A stretch of 64,000 bases of DNA from Macrostomum lignano (Eukaryota), in the NCBI GenBank assembly GCA_002269645.1, contig NIVC01000001.1:372001-436000 (forward strand), given 5' to 3'. The position numbers were made by a program, and so were the translations under genes. The notes below the pieces were generated by a model. That model had not been told where the DNA came from, did not search any database, and worked only from the letters and a program-made list of their open reading frames with translations. Below, one piece after another: positions 14,534 to 26,042 of this stretch; within the stretch, counting starts at the first letter, position 1; every line of letters begins with the position of its first letter.

Positions 14534-15714
14534 ATGGCCAGCAAGTTCCTGCCCGCTCCCAGCAGCATCACCTACAGGGATCGCAGCTTCCTAATCATGG
14601 ACCGGCCAAGCGATGCCAATGTTGACAAGTTTGTTGCCGAATGCCGAAACCACGGCGTTAGCGATGTTGTTAGGGTGTGCGAGAGCTCCTACAGCACTGA
14701 GCCGCTTGAGAAGGCGGCTATTCAGGTTTGTTTGGCATCAATGTTCTGTAGCTGCACCTGGGAGTCGGTGATAAGATAAAGTCCGTGATGAGATAGAGTC
14801 GGTGATAAGATAGAGTTCGTGATGAGATAGAGTCGGTGATAAGATACAGTCGGTGATGAGATAAAGAGTCAATGATGAGATAAAGAGTCGGTGATGAGAT
14901 AGAGTCGGTGATAAGATAGAGTCAGTGATAAGATAGAGTCGGTGATGAGATAAAGAGTCAATGACGAGATAGAGAGAGTCGGTAATGAGATAGAGAGAGT
15001 CGGTGATGAGATACAGAGAGTTGGTGATGAGATAGAGAGAGAGAGAGTCGGTGATGAGATAGAGAGAGAGTTGGTGATGAGATAGAGAGAGAGAGTCGGT
15101 GATGAGATAGAGAGAGAGTTGGTGATGAGATACAGAGTTGGTGATGAGATACAGAGTTGGTGATGAGATAGAGAGAGAGAGAGTCGGTGATGAGATAGAG
15201 AGAGAGTCGGTGATGAGATAGAGAGAGTCGGTGATGAGATAGAGAGAGAGTCGGTGATGAGATAGAGAGTCGGTGATGAGAAAGAGAGAGACGGTGATTC
15301 TCTAGTCTCTAGAGAGAGTCTCTAGTCTCTAGAGAGAGTCTCTAGTCTCCCCTAGAGAATGCGGGTGAGCCAATGCCGACCCTTCGCTGTCCGCAGGTGC
15401 ACGACCTGCCCTACCCGGACGGCGACCCACCGCCGCCGGACATTGTCCACAGCTGGCTCACTCTGCTGCGCGAGCGCTGGGCGGTCAGGCCGGACGCGTG
15501 CATCGCCATCCACTGCATCGCAGGCCTCGGCCGGGCCCCTGTCATGGTGGCCATCGCTCTGATGGAGCTGGGCTCAACCTACGATGAGGCTGTGCAGCTG
15601 ATCCGAGCTAAACGCCGCGGCGCAATCAACAAGAAGCAGCTGGACTACCTGAGCCTCTACCGGGCCAAGGGCAAGCTGAAGCCAAGGCGCGGTGTCAAGT
15701 GCAATCTTCTGTGA
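14534..15714 (+). CDS. PTP4A: PRL-family protein tyrosine phosphatase (PTP type IVA)
   Basis: Exons 14534-14725 (MASKFLPAP...VRVCE...IQ) and 15397-15714, joined by a phase-0 GT-AG intron. Catalytic HCIAGLGRAP, RRGAINKKQ, a polybasic tail and the C-terminal CaaX CNLL are present. Confidence 0.95.
14760..15295. repeat. Intronic purine-rich minisatellite (GAGTCGGTGATGAGATAGA with variable GA run)
   Basis: Tandem units fill the PRL intron. Confidence 0.9.
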
Positions 15715-16039
15715 ATGCCCGGCTGCCGGCGCGGGCGGGTGCAGATGGGCTGCGGGTTTCGGCCTCTGGGCTGCCTCCTATGGGAAGAGAATGAGAGAGA
15801 TGGGAGAATTCAATGTAGCTACTGGACTTTAATTAGAATTTTAAATTGTTTTGATTCGAGAAATTTAAACAAAAACTATGCATTTGGCAGTTCTCCCGAT
15901 CTCACTCAATCTCATGGCCCGGGCTGAAATTCTCGTTCCATCTCATCCGCTCTGCCGGGCAGTCGTCCTTTACAGCAACTGCGTTTTTTATGACAGGTTT
16001 GTTAGAAATTTGCTTCCGTCACTTTTGCTTCCACTAATC

Positions 16040-17630
16040 CGCCCATGAGAATCCCCTAATCCGCCTATGAGATTACCCTAATCTGCTCAGGAGAATCCCC
16101 TAATCTGCTCGGGAGAATCTCCTAATCCGCCTAGGAGATTCTTCCAATCCGCCCATGAGAATCCCCTAATCGGCCCCTGAGAATCCCCTAATCCGCCCAT
16201 AAGAATCTCCTATTCAGCCCCTGAAAATCTCCTAATCCGCCCCTGAAAATCTCCTAATCCGCCCCTGAAAATCTCCTAATCCGCCCCTGAAAATCTCCTA
16301 ATCCGCCCCTGAAAATCTCCTAATCCACTCTAAAGAATCGCTCTCCTAATCCGCCTATGAGATTCCCCTAATCTGCTCAGGAGAATATCCTAATCCGCCT
16401 ATGAGATTCCCCTAATCTGCTCGGGAGAATCTCCTAATCCGCCTATGAGATTCTTCCAATCCGCCCCTGAGAATCCTCTAATCCGCCCCTGAGAATCTCC
16501 TAATCCACCCCTGAGAATCTCCTAATCTGCCCCTGAAAATCTCCTAATCCGCTCTAAAGAATCGCTCTCTTAATCCGCCTATGAGATTCCCCTAATCTGC
16601 TCAGGAGAATCTCCTAATCCGCCTAGGAGATTCTTCCAATCCGCCCATGAGAATCCTCTAATCCGCCCTTGAGAATCTCCTAATCCACCCCTGAGAATCT
16701 CCTAATCTGCCCCTGAAAATCTCCTAATCCGCTCTAAAGAATCGCTCTCCTAATCCGCGTATGAGATTCCTCTAATCCGCTCTTAAAATTCAGAAAAATT
16801 CTGAGAATTCTGAAAAACCCCTGATCCGCCCCTGAGAATCCCCTAATCCGCTCATAAGAATATCCTAATCAGCCCCTGAGAATCTCCTAATCCACCCCTG
16901 AAAATCTCCTAATCCGCTCTAAAGAATCGCCCTCTTAATCCGCGTATGCGATTCCTCTAATCCGCTCTTAAAATTCTGAAAAATTCTGAGAATTCTGAAA
17001 AACCCCTGATCCGCCCCTGAGAATCCCTTATCCGCTCATAAGAATATCCTAATCAGCCCCTGAGAATCTCCTAATCCACCCCTGAAAATCTCCTAATCCG
17101 CTCTAAAGAATCGCCCTCTTAATCCGCGTATGCGATTCCTCTAATCCGCTCTTAAAATTTTGAAAAATTCTGAGAATTCTGAAAAACCCCTGATCCGCCC
17201 CTGAGAATCCCCTTATCCGCTCATAAGAATATCCTAATCAGCCCCTGAGAATCTCCTAATCCACCCCTGAAAATCTCCTAATCCGCTCTAAAGAATCGCC
17301 CTCTTAATCCGCGTATGCGATTCCTCTAATCCGCTCTTAAAATTTTGAAAAATTCTGAGAATTCTGAAAAACCCCTGATCCGCCCCTGAGAATCCCCTTA
17401 TCCGCTCATAAGAATATCCTAATCAGCCCCTGAGAATCTCCTAATCCACCCCTGAAAATCTCCTAATCCGCTCTAAAGAATCGCCCTCTTAATCCGCGTA
17501 TGCGATTCCTCTAATCCGCTCTTAAAATTTTGAAAAATTCTGAGAATTCTGAAAAACCCCTGATCCGCCCATGAGAATTTCCTAATCCGCCTATGAGAAT
17601 CTCCTAACCCGCCCGTGAGAATCGCCCTTA
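16040..17630. repeat. ~22-bp satellite (GAGAATCTCCTAATCCGCCCCT) with ~185-bp higher-order repeat
   Basis: Monomers occur throughout. The landmark GCTCTTAAAATT recurs at 16779, 16964, 17148, 17333 and 17518. Confidence 0.9.
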
Positions 17631-17930
17631 TCGGCCCCGAGAGTCGCTCCCTTCTGTCTGAGGTGTGCTATAGTTTAACCTCATAGAGGCATACACGCTT
17701 TAAACTAGTATTATTGCAGTACGCAAGTAAAAGAGAAATAACCAAGCACGCAGAATGGATCTGGACCTGCGTGCAGTGCTAGTATTGCTTCTCTCGCGTC
17801 TAAATTTACCTGCAGAACAAACTCTTCATTCCTTCATAAAGCTAAATAAGTAAGCTCTGTTCGACATCCGGATTCCTAGGGCTTCACAGCAGCTCAGTCG
17901 GAAGGCTGCAAGTCTTGGGGGCGTGAACTG

Positions 17931-17973
<43 letters not shown>

Positions 17974-18689
17974 CTATTTATTCATACTAAGGCTTAGAAA
18001 ACTGGACTGACATTTTGAAGATCAACTATAAAATTTTAGTTTCCTCGGAAGATTTTAGAAATGTTTTCAACAAATGTCGAACTCTCTCAAAACGAGGAGA
18101 GGGAGAGAGAGAGAGAGAGAGAGTCTCTTTGGAGTGCAGTTGCTATTTTAGCGCGTTTCAAGTACGTGGGTGGTTTTGACAAGACTAGCCAGTGCGCTTG
18201 GCCGGGTGAATCGGTAAACTGGTTAGAGTTAGACTGTGTATATCTGTTTGTGCTGGTTAGCGCAGTTTTCGGGTGGGCCTGAGAGACGAAGAGTATGGCT
18301 GAGTGGGGTGTGAGATAGCAGCTCGTGCTTTGAACTTTGACTTTCTCATCTCAAAAAGGCGTCACGAGCTGCAAGCCAATGCTAGGCGTGGAATTGGGTT
18401 TTTTGACGTCAGGGCCTGATTTCTGGCTTCCACCTTATCTTAGTTTGACTGTATGCTGCAGCTGGCCTTCATTGCCTGACCGGCTGCTTTTAAATGGAGT
18501 TTAATTGTGACTTGTACCTTAACTGGTTCAGTTTTGCCACTGAAGTCGGTGAAGTTGCACCAACATACTTTGGGGCTAGTTAGAGGATTAATCACTTAAT
18601 ACTCAGTCAGCTGCTTTGGAATAACTGTCTCCCTCTTAGATTGTCTGGCTAATCACGACACCTTGCCAGACCCGCAACTGATAGGCGAC

Positions 18690-19420
18690 CCTCCCAGAAC
18701 CTCAGTTGCTGGGCCAGCGTTCCAGATCTTCATTTACTGAGCCAGTCTCCCAGATTCTCAGTTGCTGGGCCAGTCTCCCAGATCCTCAGTTGCTGGGTCA
18801 GCCTACCAGATCCTCAGTTGCTGGGTCAGCCTACCAGATTCTCAGTTTCTGGGCCAGCCTCCCAGATCCTGAGTTGCTGGGCCAGCCTCCCAGACCCCCA
18901 GTTTCTTGGCCAACGGCCTCCCAGATCCTGAGTTGCTGGGCCAGCCTCCCAGATCCTCAGTTTCTTGGCCAACGGCCTCCTAGATCCTGAGTTGCTGTGC
19001 CAGCCTCCCAGATCCTCAGTTTCTTGGCCAACGGCTTCCCAGATGCTGAGTTGCTGGGCCAGCCTCCCAGATCCTCAGTTTCTTGGCCAACGGCCTCCTA
19101 GATCCTGAGTTGCTGTGCCAGCCTCCCAGATCCTCAGTTTCTTGGCCAACGGCTTCCCAGATGCTGAGTTGCTGGGCCAGCCTCCCAGATCCTCAGTTTC
19201 TTGGCCAACGGCCTCCCAGATCCTCAGTTGCTGTGCCAGCCTCCCAGATCCTCAGTTTCTTGGCCAACGGCCTCCCAGATGCTGAGTTGCTGGGCCAGCC
19301 TCCCAGATCCTCCTCAGTTTCTGGGTTAGCCTCCCAGATGCTCAGTTGCTGGGCCAGCCTCCCAGATCCTCAGTTTCTTGGCCAACGGCCTCCCAGATGC
19401 TGAGTTGCTGGGCCAGCCTC
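18690..19420. repeat. 28-bp minisatellite array A (CAGATCCTCAGTTGCTGGGCCAGCCTCC and variants)
   Basis: Direct tandem units, with an interspersed variant CAGTTTCTTGGCCAACGGCCTCC. Confidence 0.92.
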
Positions 19421-20994
19421 TCAAATCCTATGAAAGAAACCGAATGTATTTTTCGGGTGGGCATTTTTGCGACTTACCTTACTTAGCTGGGCCCCTCGCC
19501 AGCCGGGTCGGCCGGGTATGTTTCGAATCCCAGCTTTGGTGTTATAACATTCGACTTGTTTACGCATTTCCGTTCTCTTCTCTAGCTATAATAATTGACA
19601 AGGCAGGCATTAAATCGAAAATTTGCTTTTTAAATTAAGTACAGGCTGCTAAATATTTTATGCCGAGTATGCTTGGAAAACGCATCGTCTTTACATTACA
19701 CCGAGGTGCACTCTAATAGCAAGTTATATGCAATACTAAAAGACACCGACTGCTGTAACATTGGAGGCCAATTTCCTGGGAAAACACACTGCGGAGATAG
19801 GATAACCAAATTTTTTATCACAAAATAAATAATATGGATTTGATAACTGAGTACCTACACACAGTTACTCAAGCCATTATTGTAGGTATAGTTCTAGTTA
19901 AATGCATTAGTAGCTATTCCTAGACCTGTCTAAATATTGAGTTGAGCTTTTAGAACTTTAGGCTTATAAAAGGAAAAAAAAGCAATGAAAATCAAACTTT
20001 TTCCTATCTCCGCAATGTATCTTTTACCGGAAATCGGCCTCCTAAAAAATTATACCATCTTTGACTTTTACATCCCGTCATGCTACAGTGGTCCTTGATC
20101 CAGTCATGATCCTGTCATTGAAGAGTAATGACCCCAATAATATTGCTCAACTCAAATTAAAAATGGGTCTGAACCAGCTGGATTAATTTATGCCCACATC
20201 TCATTGTACAAACATACATGCCCAATGTAATTTATGCCCACATCTCATTGTACAAACATACATGCCCATTCGCATTGTGTTTAAATATAAAAATACGAAT
20301 TTAACACTAACTAGATTTGATCCGGTCTAATTCAACTGATAATCGCTTGTCTTCGCCTTGCAGATCATGATGAAGATTGCGGGACGCTAGTTGCGAAGCA
20401 GAATCCCCACGAACTTTTTTTTCAAAACCGTGTTTAGCTGACCTACGCACTAAATATATCTGTTATTTGTTTTTCCCGCTCTCTACTCGCGTGCCCTCCT
20501 GTTTAACGCGTTGTTGTGCCTGTTTTCACCCGCCTAATCACCCCGTTTTCATTGAAAACTTCAACCCTTAGTCTGTTCCGCCGATTACTGTACCGTTTGC
20601 AATGTGCTTATTTTTTAAACCCCATTTACGCGTACAATCAGTTTTTGTTATTTGATTTAACTCGGTTTTCTTAATTTTATTGTTTTGCCCGCGCCACCCT
20701 GCCCGAATTCATCACGCTGACTCATTCTATTGGTATTATGATGCCACTGCCTTCTTGTTGCTTGCTAGGCTGGTAACTGCCACAGATTAACAATTGAACT
20801 TGTGAAAAGCAGAGCTTCTACTCATTTTTCAGTAGTTTTGGCGCGGTGTCGTTTAAATTTAATGTGGCAGAAAAAAGCTTTTCCATCCTCGGAGTTTGTA
20901 CCTTAGGTAGGAGCATATGGTTAAGAATGAACAACAAGCATTGAACTCAATGTAAACAAGTGAAAGCAAGACGGACAAAAATCAGCTTGCGGGG

Positions 20995-21255
20995 GGCGGC
21001 CCAATCTGGCTCAGCCAATGAGAGGGCAGTAAGGAGAGAGGTCAAAGTCAGACGGGGGAAGCACGAACCAGCCTAGGGAGCAGGCCCAATCTGTCTCAGC
21101 CAATGAGAGAGCAGTAAGGAGAGAGAGAGGTTAAAGTCAAACGAAACACGAAACAGCTTAGGGGCAGGCCCAATCTGGCTCAACCAATGAGAGAGTAGGA
21201 GAGATCGATCAAAATTAGACGGACGAAAATCTACCGTAGCTCAGCCAATGAAAGA
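20995..21255 (+). promoter_or_regulatory. ~85-bp tandem unit carrying paired CCAAT boxes (candidate NF-Y array)
   Basis: CCAAT at 21001, 21015, 21086, 21100, 21170, 21184 and 21245. AGCCAATGA and AACCAATGA match the NF-Y consensus. Function is inferred only. Confidence 0.45.
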
Positions 21256-22410
21256 GCGGTAAGGAAGGAGTCAACGTCACAGACACACTAGAAAGCCAAA
21301 CTGTGTCCATAGATTTTTAACCATATATATGAAAGGCAAAACACAAATTTTACTACTGAAAAATAGAGTAGATATAAGCGCATTTTTTGCGAGTGGCATA
21401 TCAAGTTGGTCTGTCTGTGGCCTATACTACCCTGTCCAATGAATAGAATAGTTTTCACTTCTATAGCCACTATATTTTTGTCCTCCGTTTAACTGAATTA
21501 TAAACTAAAAAATCGAATCCCAAATGATTTGCTAGAATGCAATTCTGTAATAACTGCAATAGCTACTGGCCTAACAGAACCGGCTCCGCGTGCGATTGTT
21601 ATAATTGTCATTATGTGTCTTCTCTATCTGTGTTCTCCTGCCGACTCTTTAATTTATATAACTTAACTCATATTCCTGATCTATTTTATTGTTTAGTCAG
21701 CGCTGCGATCAATTTGCTAGATAGACTACTCACGGACAGTAGTTGGCATAGCGCGCTTCATTCGTTGTCCTGCGTATAAAGAGGGCAGAATTTATTTTTT
21801 TCTTATTCTTTTCGCCCCCCCCCCCTAGCCTAAACTGGAGCTGCCTAATGTAATTTGTGAACAAACATTGATGCACTGTGTTAGTACTAGTGAACAACAC
21901 CCTGTTGTACCTACGTACCTGTGCTTAGCTGACGCATACCTTCACCAGATTAGCTGTACAATTGGTGCAAAATTTATATCAACACTAATTGCACAGTTTC
22001 ACATTATGCAGCAGGCAGTCTTGCTCTGTTAAACCCTAACTAAGCGCTGCTATTCACCTCTAGTTTAATCATCGGTTCGCTGGCTTTCACGCGTTTGCTT
22101 ATCTGCCTACTAAATAGACACTTAGCCGATAGTAGTAACTTTAGGCGCTGTTTTTATCATAGGCACAACACACTACCTACCTACTGTATGCAGTGCTAAT
22201 AGGGCACCAAGCGATGCGATTGTCCTGTGCGTCTTTTGCTGTCGCCTCTGAACTGCTTATTTTAGCTCCCAGCCCGATTTTGTTTCATTGTTGCTTGTTT
22301 TTTCCTATCTACTTTTTGGGTAACTTATCTTTGCTTTTTCACTGGCAAGCCTTAGCACACTGAACTGCTTGGTAAGATGGCTTTTGATTTCTAACTAAAT
22401 CCTTTAAACA

Positions 22411-23135
22411 CTCCCAGATCCCCACTTGCTGGGCCACCAACCTCCCAGATCCTCAGTTGCTGGGCCAGCCTCCCAGATCCTCAGTTGCTGGGCCAGCCTC
22501 CCAGATCCTCAGTTGCTGGGCCAGCCTCCCAGATCCTCAGTTGCTGGGTCAGCCTCCAAATCCTCAGTTGCTGGGCCAGCCTCCCAGATCCTCAGTTGCT
22601 GGGCCAGCCTCCCAGATCCTCAGTTGCTGGGCCAGCCTCCCAGATCCTCAGTTGCTGGGCCAGCCTCCCAGATCCCACTTGCTGGGCCACCAACCTCCCA
22701 GATCCTCAGTTGCTGGGCCAGCCTCCCAGATCCTCAGTTGCTGGGCCAGCCTCCCAGATCCTCAGTTGCTGGGCCAGCCTCCCAGATCCTCAGTTGCTGG
22801 GCCAGCCTCCCAGATCCTCAGTTGCTGGGCCAGCCTCCCAGATCCTCAGTTGCTGGGCCAGCCTCCCAGATCCTCAGTTGCTGGGTCAGCCTCCCAGATC
22901 CTCAGTTGCTGGGCCAGCCTCCCAGATCCTCAGTTGCTGGGTCAGCCTCCCAGATCCTCAGTTGCTGGGCCAGCCTCCCAGATCCTCAGTTGCTGGGCCA
23001 GCCTCCCAGATCCCACTTGCTGGGCCACCAACCTCCCAGATCCTCAGTTGCTGGGCCAGCCTCCCAGATCCTCAGTTGCTGGGCCAGCCTCCCAGATCCT
23101 CAGTTGCTGGGCCAGCCTCCTAGATCCTCAGTTGC
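22411..23135. repeat. 28-bp minisatellite array B (same unit as array A, more homogeneous)
   Basis: About 25 near-identical units. They generate stop-free ORFs in all three plus frames. Confidence 0.95.
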
Positions 23136-23766
23136 TAAGCAGAGTAAGAGCCCTCTTACCACGCGAGTTGAGTTTCGCCTGCTAAAAATTTGCTATAGTG
23201 ATTTGACTGTGACTTTAAAGCCTCATCCCCTACCCATATCTCATCAGAACATTGTTTTCTTCGGCCTTCACATCAATTTCAATATTCATCAGATTAGCCT
23301 CTTGCACTCTACTATGGTAGGCGCTTCAGTCCCTCGCCCTTATAATTGCTTAGCCCCCTGCGCGCGCTGTTTGACCCGAGTTTTTCCCTAAGATGGTTTT
23401 AAGAATGCGAGTCTCTGCCTTCGCCCTACAACCCTCCCCTCAAGTGCTTGCTAATTATATTATTAAATATCTACTCGTACCTGCGGCCCCTGCGAGACAC
23501 TAAATTCTAATCTGATTCGCTTTTTCGTGAAGCCAGCCTGAAGAGGTATGAAACAAAAAATATATATATACAAATTAAAAACCTGGCGATTGTAGAAATG
23601 AAAATGAAATCTATTTGCAGTCCTGTGAATACTGATTGGTGTCTTTTATTTTTGCTTGCCGACCGGGACAGCAAAGCTGGGGAGAGGGGGGCAGATGTGG
23701 TGGGCAGCAGAGTGACAATGGGGATCGTGTTCCTCCTACAACGCTACTCGTTGGCCTAACATGCAT

Positions 23767-23990
23767 ATCAGGGGTCGGCAAACTCTCGGGCCACATGCGG
23801 CTCGCAAAGCCTCTCTATCCGGCTTTCGGGTCCTTTGAAACTTCACAACAGCAATCCGGCCCGCTCAAGATTTGTCTCTTCTCAGCTCTCTTCTTCTCTC
23901 TACCCTCCTCTCCCCTCTCCTCTCTCCTCTTCCCCCCATCTACCCTCTCCTCTCATCTCTTCTCTCAGGGACTCAGGATCGCTTGACCTT
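23767..23990 (+). mobile_element. hAT-like MITE fragment (CAGGGGTCGGC end), related to 39651-40038
   Basis: Starts CAGGGGTCGGCAAAC. Shares GCCTCT-TATCC...GGTCCTTTGA...AGCAATCCGG-CCCGCTCAAG and a CT-rich tract with the 39.7-kb copy. The right end is unclear. Confidence 0.6.
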
Positions 23991-24199
23991 GCTGGGTGGC
24001 GTCTGTCTTTTGTTGTTTTTTTATTATTAGAGGCAGTTAGCTGTGTGCACCCTGGCGCACTTTAAGCCACATTGTCGCACAACCGGCGAGAGGCATTACT
24101 GCCCATTCCGCCGACTGCCCTGAGCAGGCACACAAGCGCGCGGATACGTACGCAGTCATACGCACAGGCACACACTCACACAGGAGTGTACAGCGGCCC

Positions 24200-24395
24200 C
24201 TGACTTTATTTATCGTTAGGCATGTACACTTCACTGTGCCTTGGGGGTTGGCCATCAAGGTCGTTAATTTTCACAAGCAGAGCCAAGCCGAGATTCCATT
24301 TTGGCCCCAAATTATTATAGTGACTGCACTTGGAATCGAGCCTGGGCCGCTGGTACATCAGAGCGCCGCGCTGGACCATTGGGCTACGGCTCCCC
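24200..24395 (-). mobile_element. tRNA-derived SINE-like element or tRNA pseudogene
   Basis: The minus strand reads GCCGTAGCCCAATGG (A box-like)...CCCAGGCTCGATTCC (B box-like). The cloverleaf stems are imperfect, so it is not called a tRNA gene. Confidence 0.45.
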
Positions 24396-24770
24396 TTGTT
24401 GCTGTTGTCGTCGTACATATATATACAAGTGCAATGGTCTAAGAAGTAGCAACTCCGCTCCCATGCTACGAGTACACTGTAGACTTGTTGTTTTTCGCCA
24501 ATTCAAAAAAATGGCTGCTGAATACGCTGCAATTGTCGCAAAGTTACAGTACATCCAGGAGCCTGTTCTTATGCTGAAAAATTACTCACATGTAATTTAG
24601 GCTACTAAATGATATTCAAGAATTGTATTAAGCAAAATCATCCACGATGTACATATGCGCTGTACATTTGTATTTGTTGTACATTATATACATTCACTTC
24701 AGTTACAACACTGCTCTATCAAAATACCGATTGAGATCAAAATATTATATAAATACTTGTACAGGTACAA

Positions 24771-25068
24771 ATAATAATAATAATTGCATACACCTGCCCT
24801 AATAGGCAGATGTGCAACCGACAGCTCAGCCGCAGCTATTGCGCGGCGCATCTGAAGGCTGCGTACGGCTGTTCAGTCCAAGGACTGGGGGGTCGCCACA
24901 CACACCCTCAATTACCCCAGCTAATGCTGGCACCCATTTTACAGCTGGGTGAACTGAAGCAATGCAGAGTTAAGTGTCTTGCTCAAGGACACAAATTGTT
25001 CCGATTGGTTTGAGAATCGAACCCCCGACCTTTCACTCGTGAGTTCAACGCTCTAACCACTAGGCTGC
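24771..25068 (-). mobile_element. tRNA-derived SINE with CORE-like central domain, copy A
   Basis: Head GCCTAGTGGTTAGAGCG...GGGGGTTCGATTCTC (A/B boxes). Central TGTGTCCTTGAGCAAGACACTTAACTCTGCATTGCTTCAGTTCACCCAGCTGTAAAATGGG at 24933-24993. (ATT)n tail near 24771. A second copy is at 49288. Confidence 0.85.
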
Positions 25069-25148
25069 AACCCCTCAAGCATATACAAGCATTTGCTACA
25101 AACTGCAGAGAGCTATAGTACCGGTATAATTCTAGTCAAAGTTTTCTT

Positions 25149-26042
25149 TTAAGGCTTTCGCTGTGTCTTCTTTGACTTGGACGACCCGGGCAGCGGCGGC
25201 ACGTGCTTAGCCGGTTCGATCTGCAGGTCTCCGAAGATGGCCAGGCCGGCTCCGCCCCAGGAGTCTCGCCGCCGGCCGTACATCGGGTGCAGCCGGCTCG
25301 GGTCGGGCGGCTCGCCCTCGTAGCACCAGGCCAGCTGGGGCGGCAGAGAGTTTCGCCGGCCTCGTCTAGCGCCGCCACCAGACAAGTACGCCGAGCCGTT
25401 CGAATCGCTGGGGTCCTCGAAGCTGACCGTGGACGAGCCGGTGTGCGGAGTTTCAGCGCCGACTGTTGTTTGCGAAGACGGCGTCTCCACGTCTCCATAG
25501 TCGCGCACAGTGATGGCCGGTAGGCCGAGCTTCCCACCGATGCCTTCAGTTGGCCGTGGTGTCCACGGCATCGCGTGAACCCGACTGTCGCGTCGTTGGC
25601 GCATTTGTTGGCATCGCAGCGAGCACGAGTCTCGAACTCGGCAGTTGTGCGACTCGTCGCAGAAGCAGCAGGGCAGGCTGGCAAAGAGGATCACGGCAGC
25701 GGCCAGCAGTGCGCCAGCCAGAATCAGCAGGGCGAGCCCGAGGCCGGTGTCGCCGTTGCACTGCCTGGCAAAGCAGACGCCGCCGCCGATAATGAGCAGG
25801 CAGGAGATGGCGGCGAGGCCGACCGCGGCAGCGAATGCCGGCCCCGGCACCATGGGCGGCTCGCGCTTCGAGCGCCGTCGTTTCGGCCGATAGTTCGCCA
25901 GCTGCTGCTGGATGCGTTGGCTACGCCGGTGGGAATGCAACTGCTGTTGCTGCTGCTGCTGCTGCTGCTGTCTCTGCTGCTGCTTGTGCTGCTGCTGCAG
26001 CTGCTGTTTCTGCTGCTGATCCGAGCGCTTTTCTGGCTCCAT
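25149..26042 (-). CDS. Hypothetical two-transmembrane protein with polyQ N-terminus and Cys-rich juxtamembrane region (297 aa from MEPEKRS; alternative start 26150)
   Basis: Uninterrupted GC-rich ORF. Hydrophobic segments AFAAAVGLAAISCLLIIGGGVCF and LGLALLILAGALLAAAVILFASL are followed by PCCFC. An acceptor-like TTTAG lies near 26120, upstream of the ATG at 26042. Confidence 0.7.
   Translation of the reverse strand: MEPEKRSDQQQKQQLQQQHKQQQRQQQQQQQQQQLHSHRRSQRIQQQLANYRPKRRRSKREPPMVPGPAFAAAVGLAAISCLLIIGGGVCFARQCNGDTGLGLALLILAGALLAAAVILFASLPCCFCDESHNCRVRDSCSLRCQQMRQRRDSRVHAMPWTPRPTEGIGGKLGLPAITVRDYGDVETPSSQTTVGAETPHTGSSTVSFEDPSDSNGSAYLSGGGARRGRRNSLPPQLAWCYEGEPPDPSRLHPMYGRRRDSWGGAGLAIFGDLQIEPAKHVPPLPGSSKSKKTQRKP

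Noticed and set aside
16040-17630. CRISPR-like or regularly spaced repeats here and in other arrays
   Set aside because: Units are head-to-tail with no unique spacers, there are no cas genes and the context is eukaryotic.
22426-23391. Three overlapping 200-320-aa ORFs
   Set aside because: The 28-bp unit has no plus-strand stop codon, so all frames are open. This is a repeat artefact.
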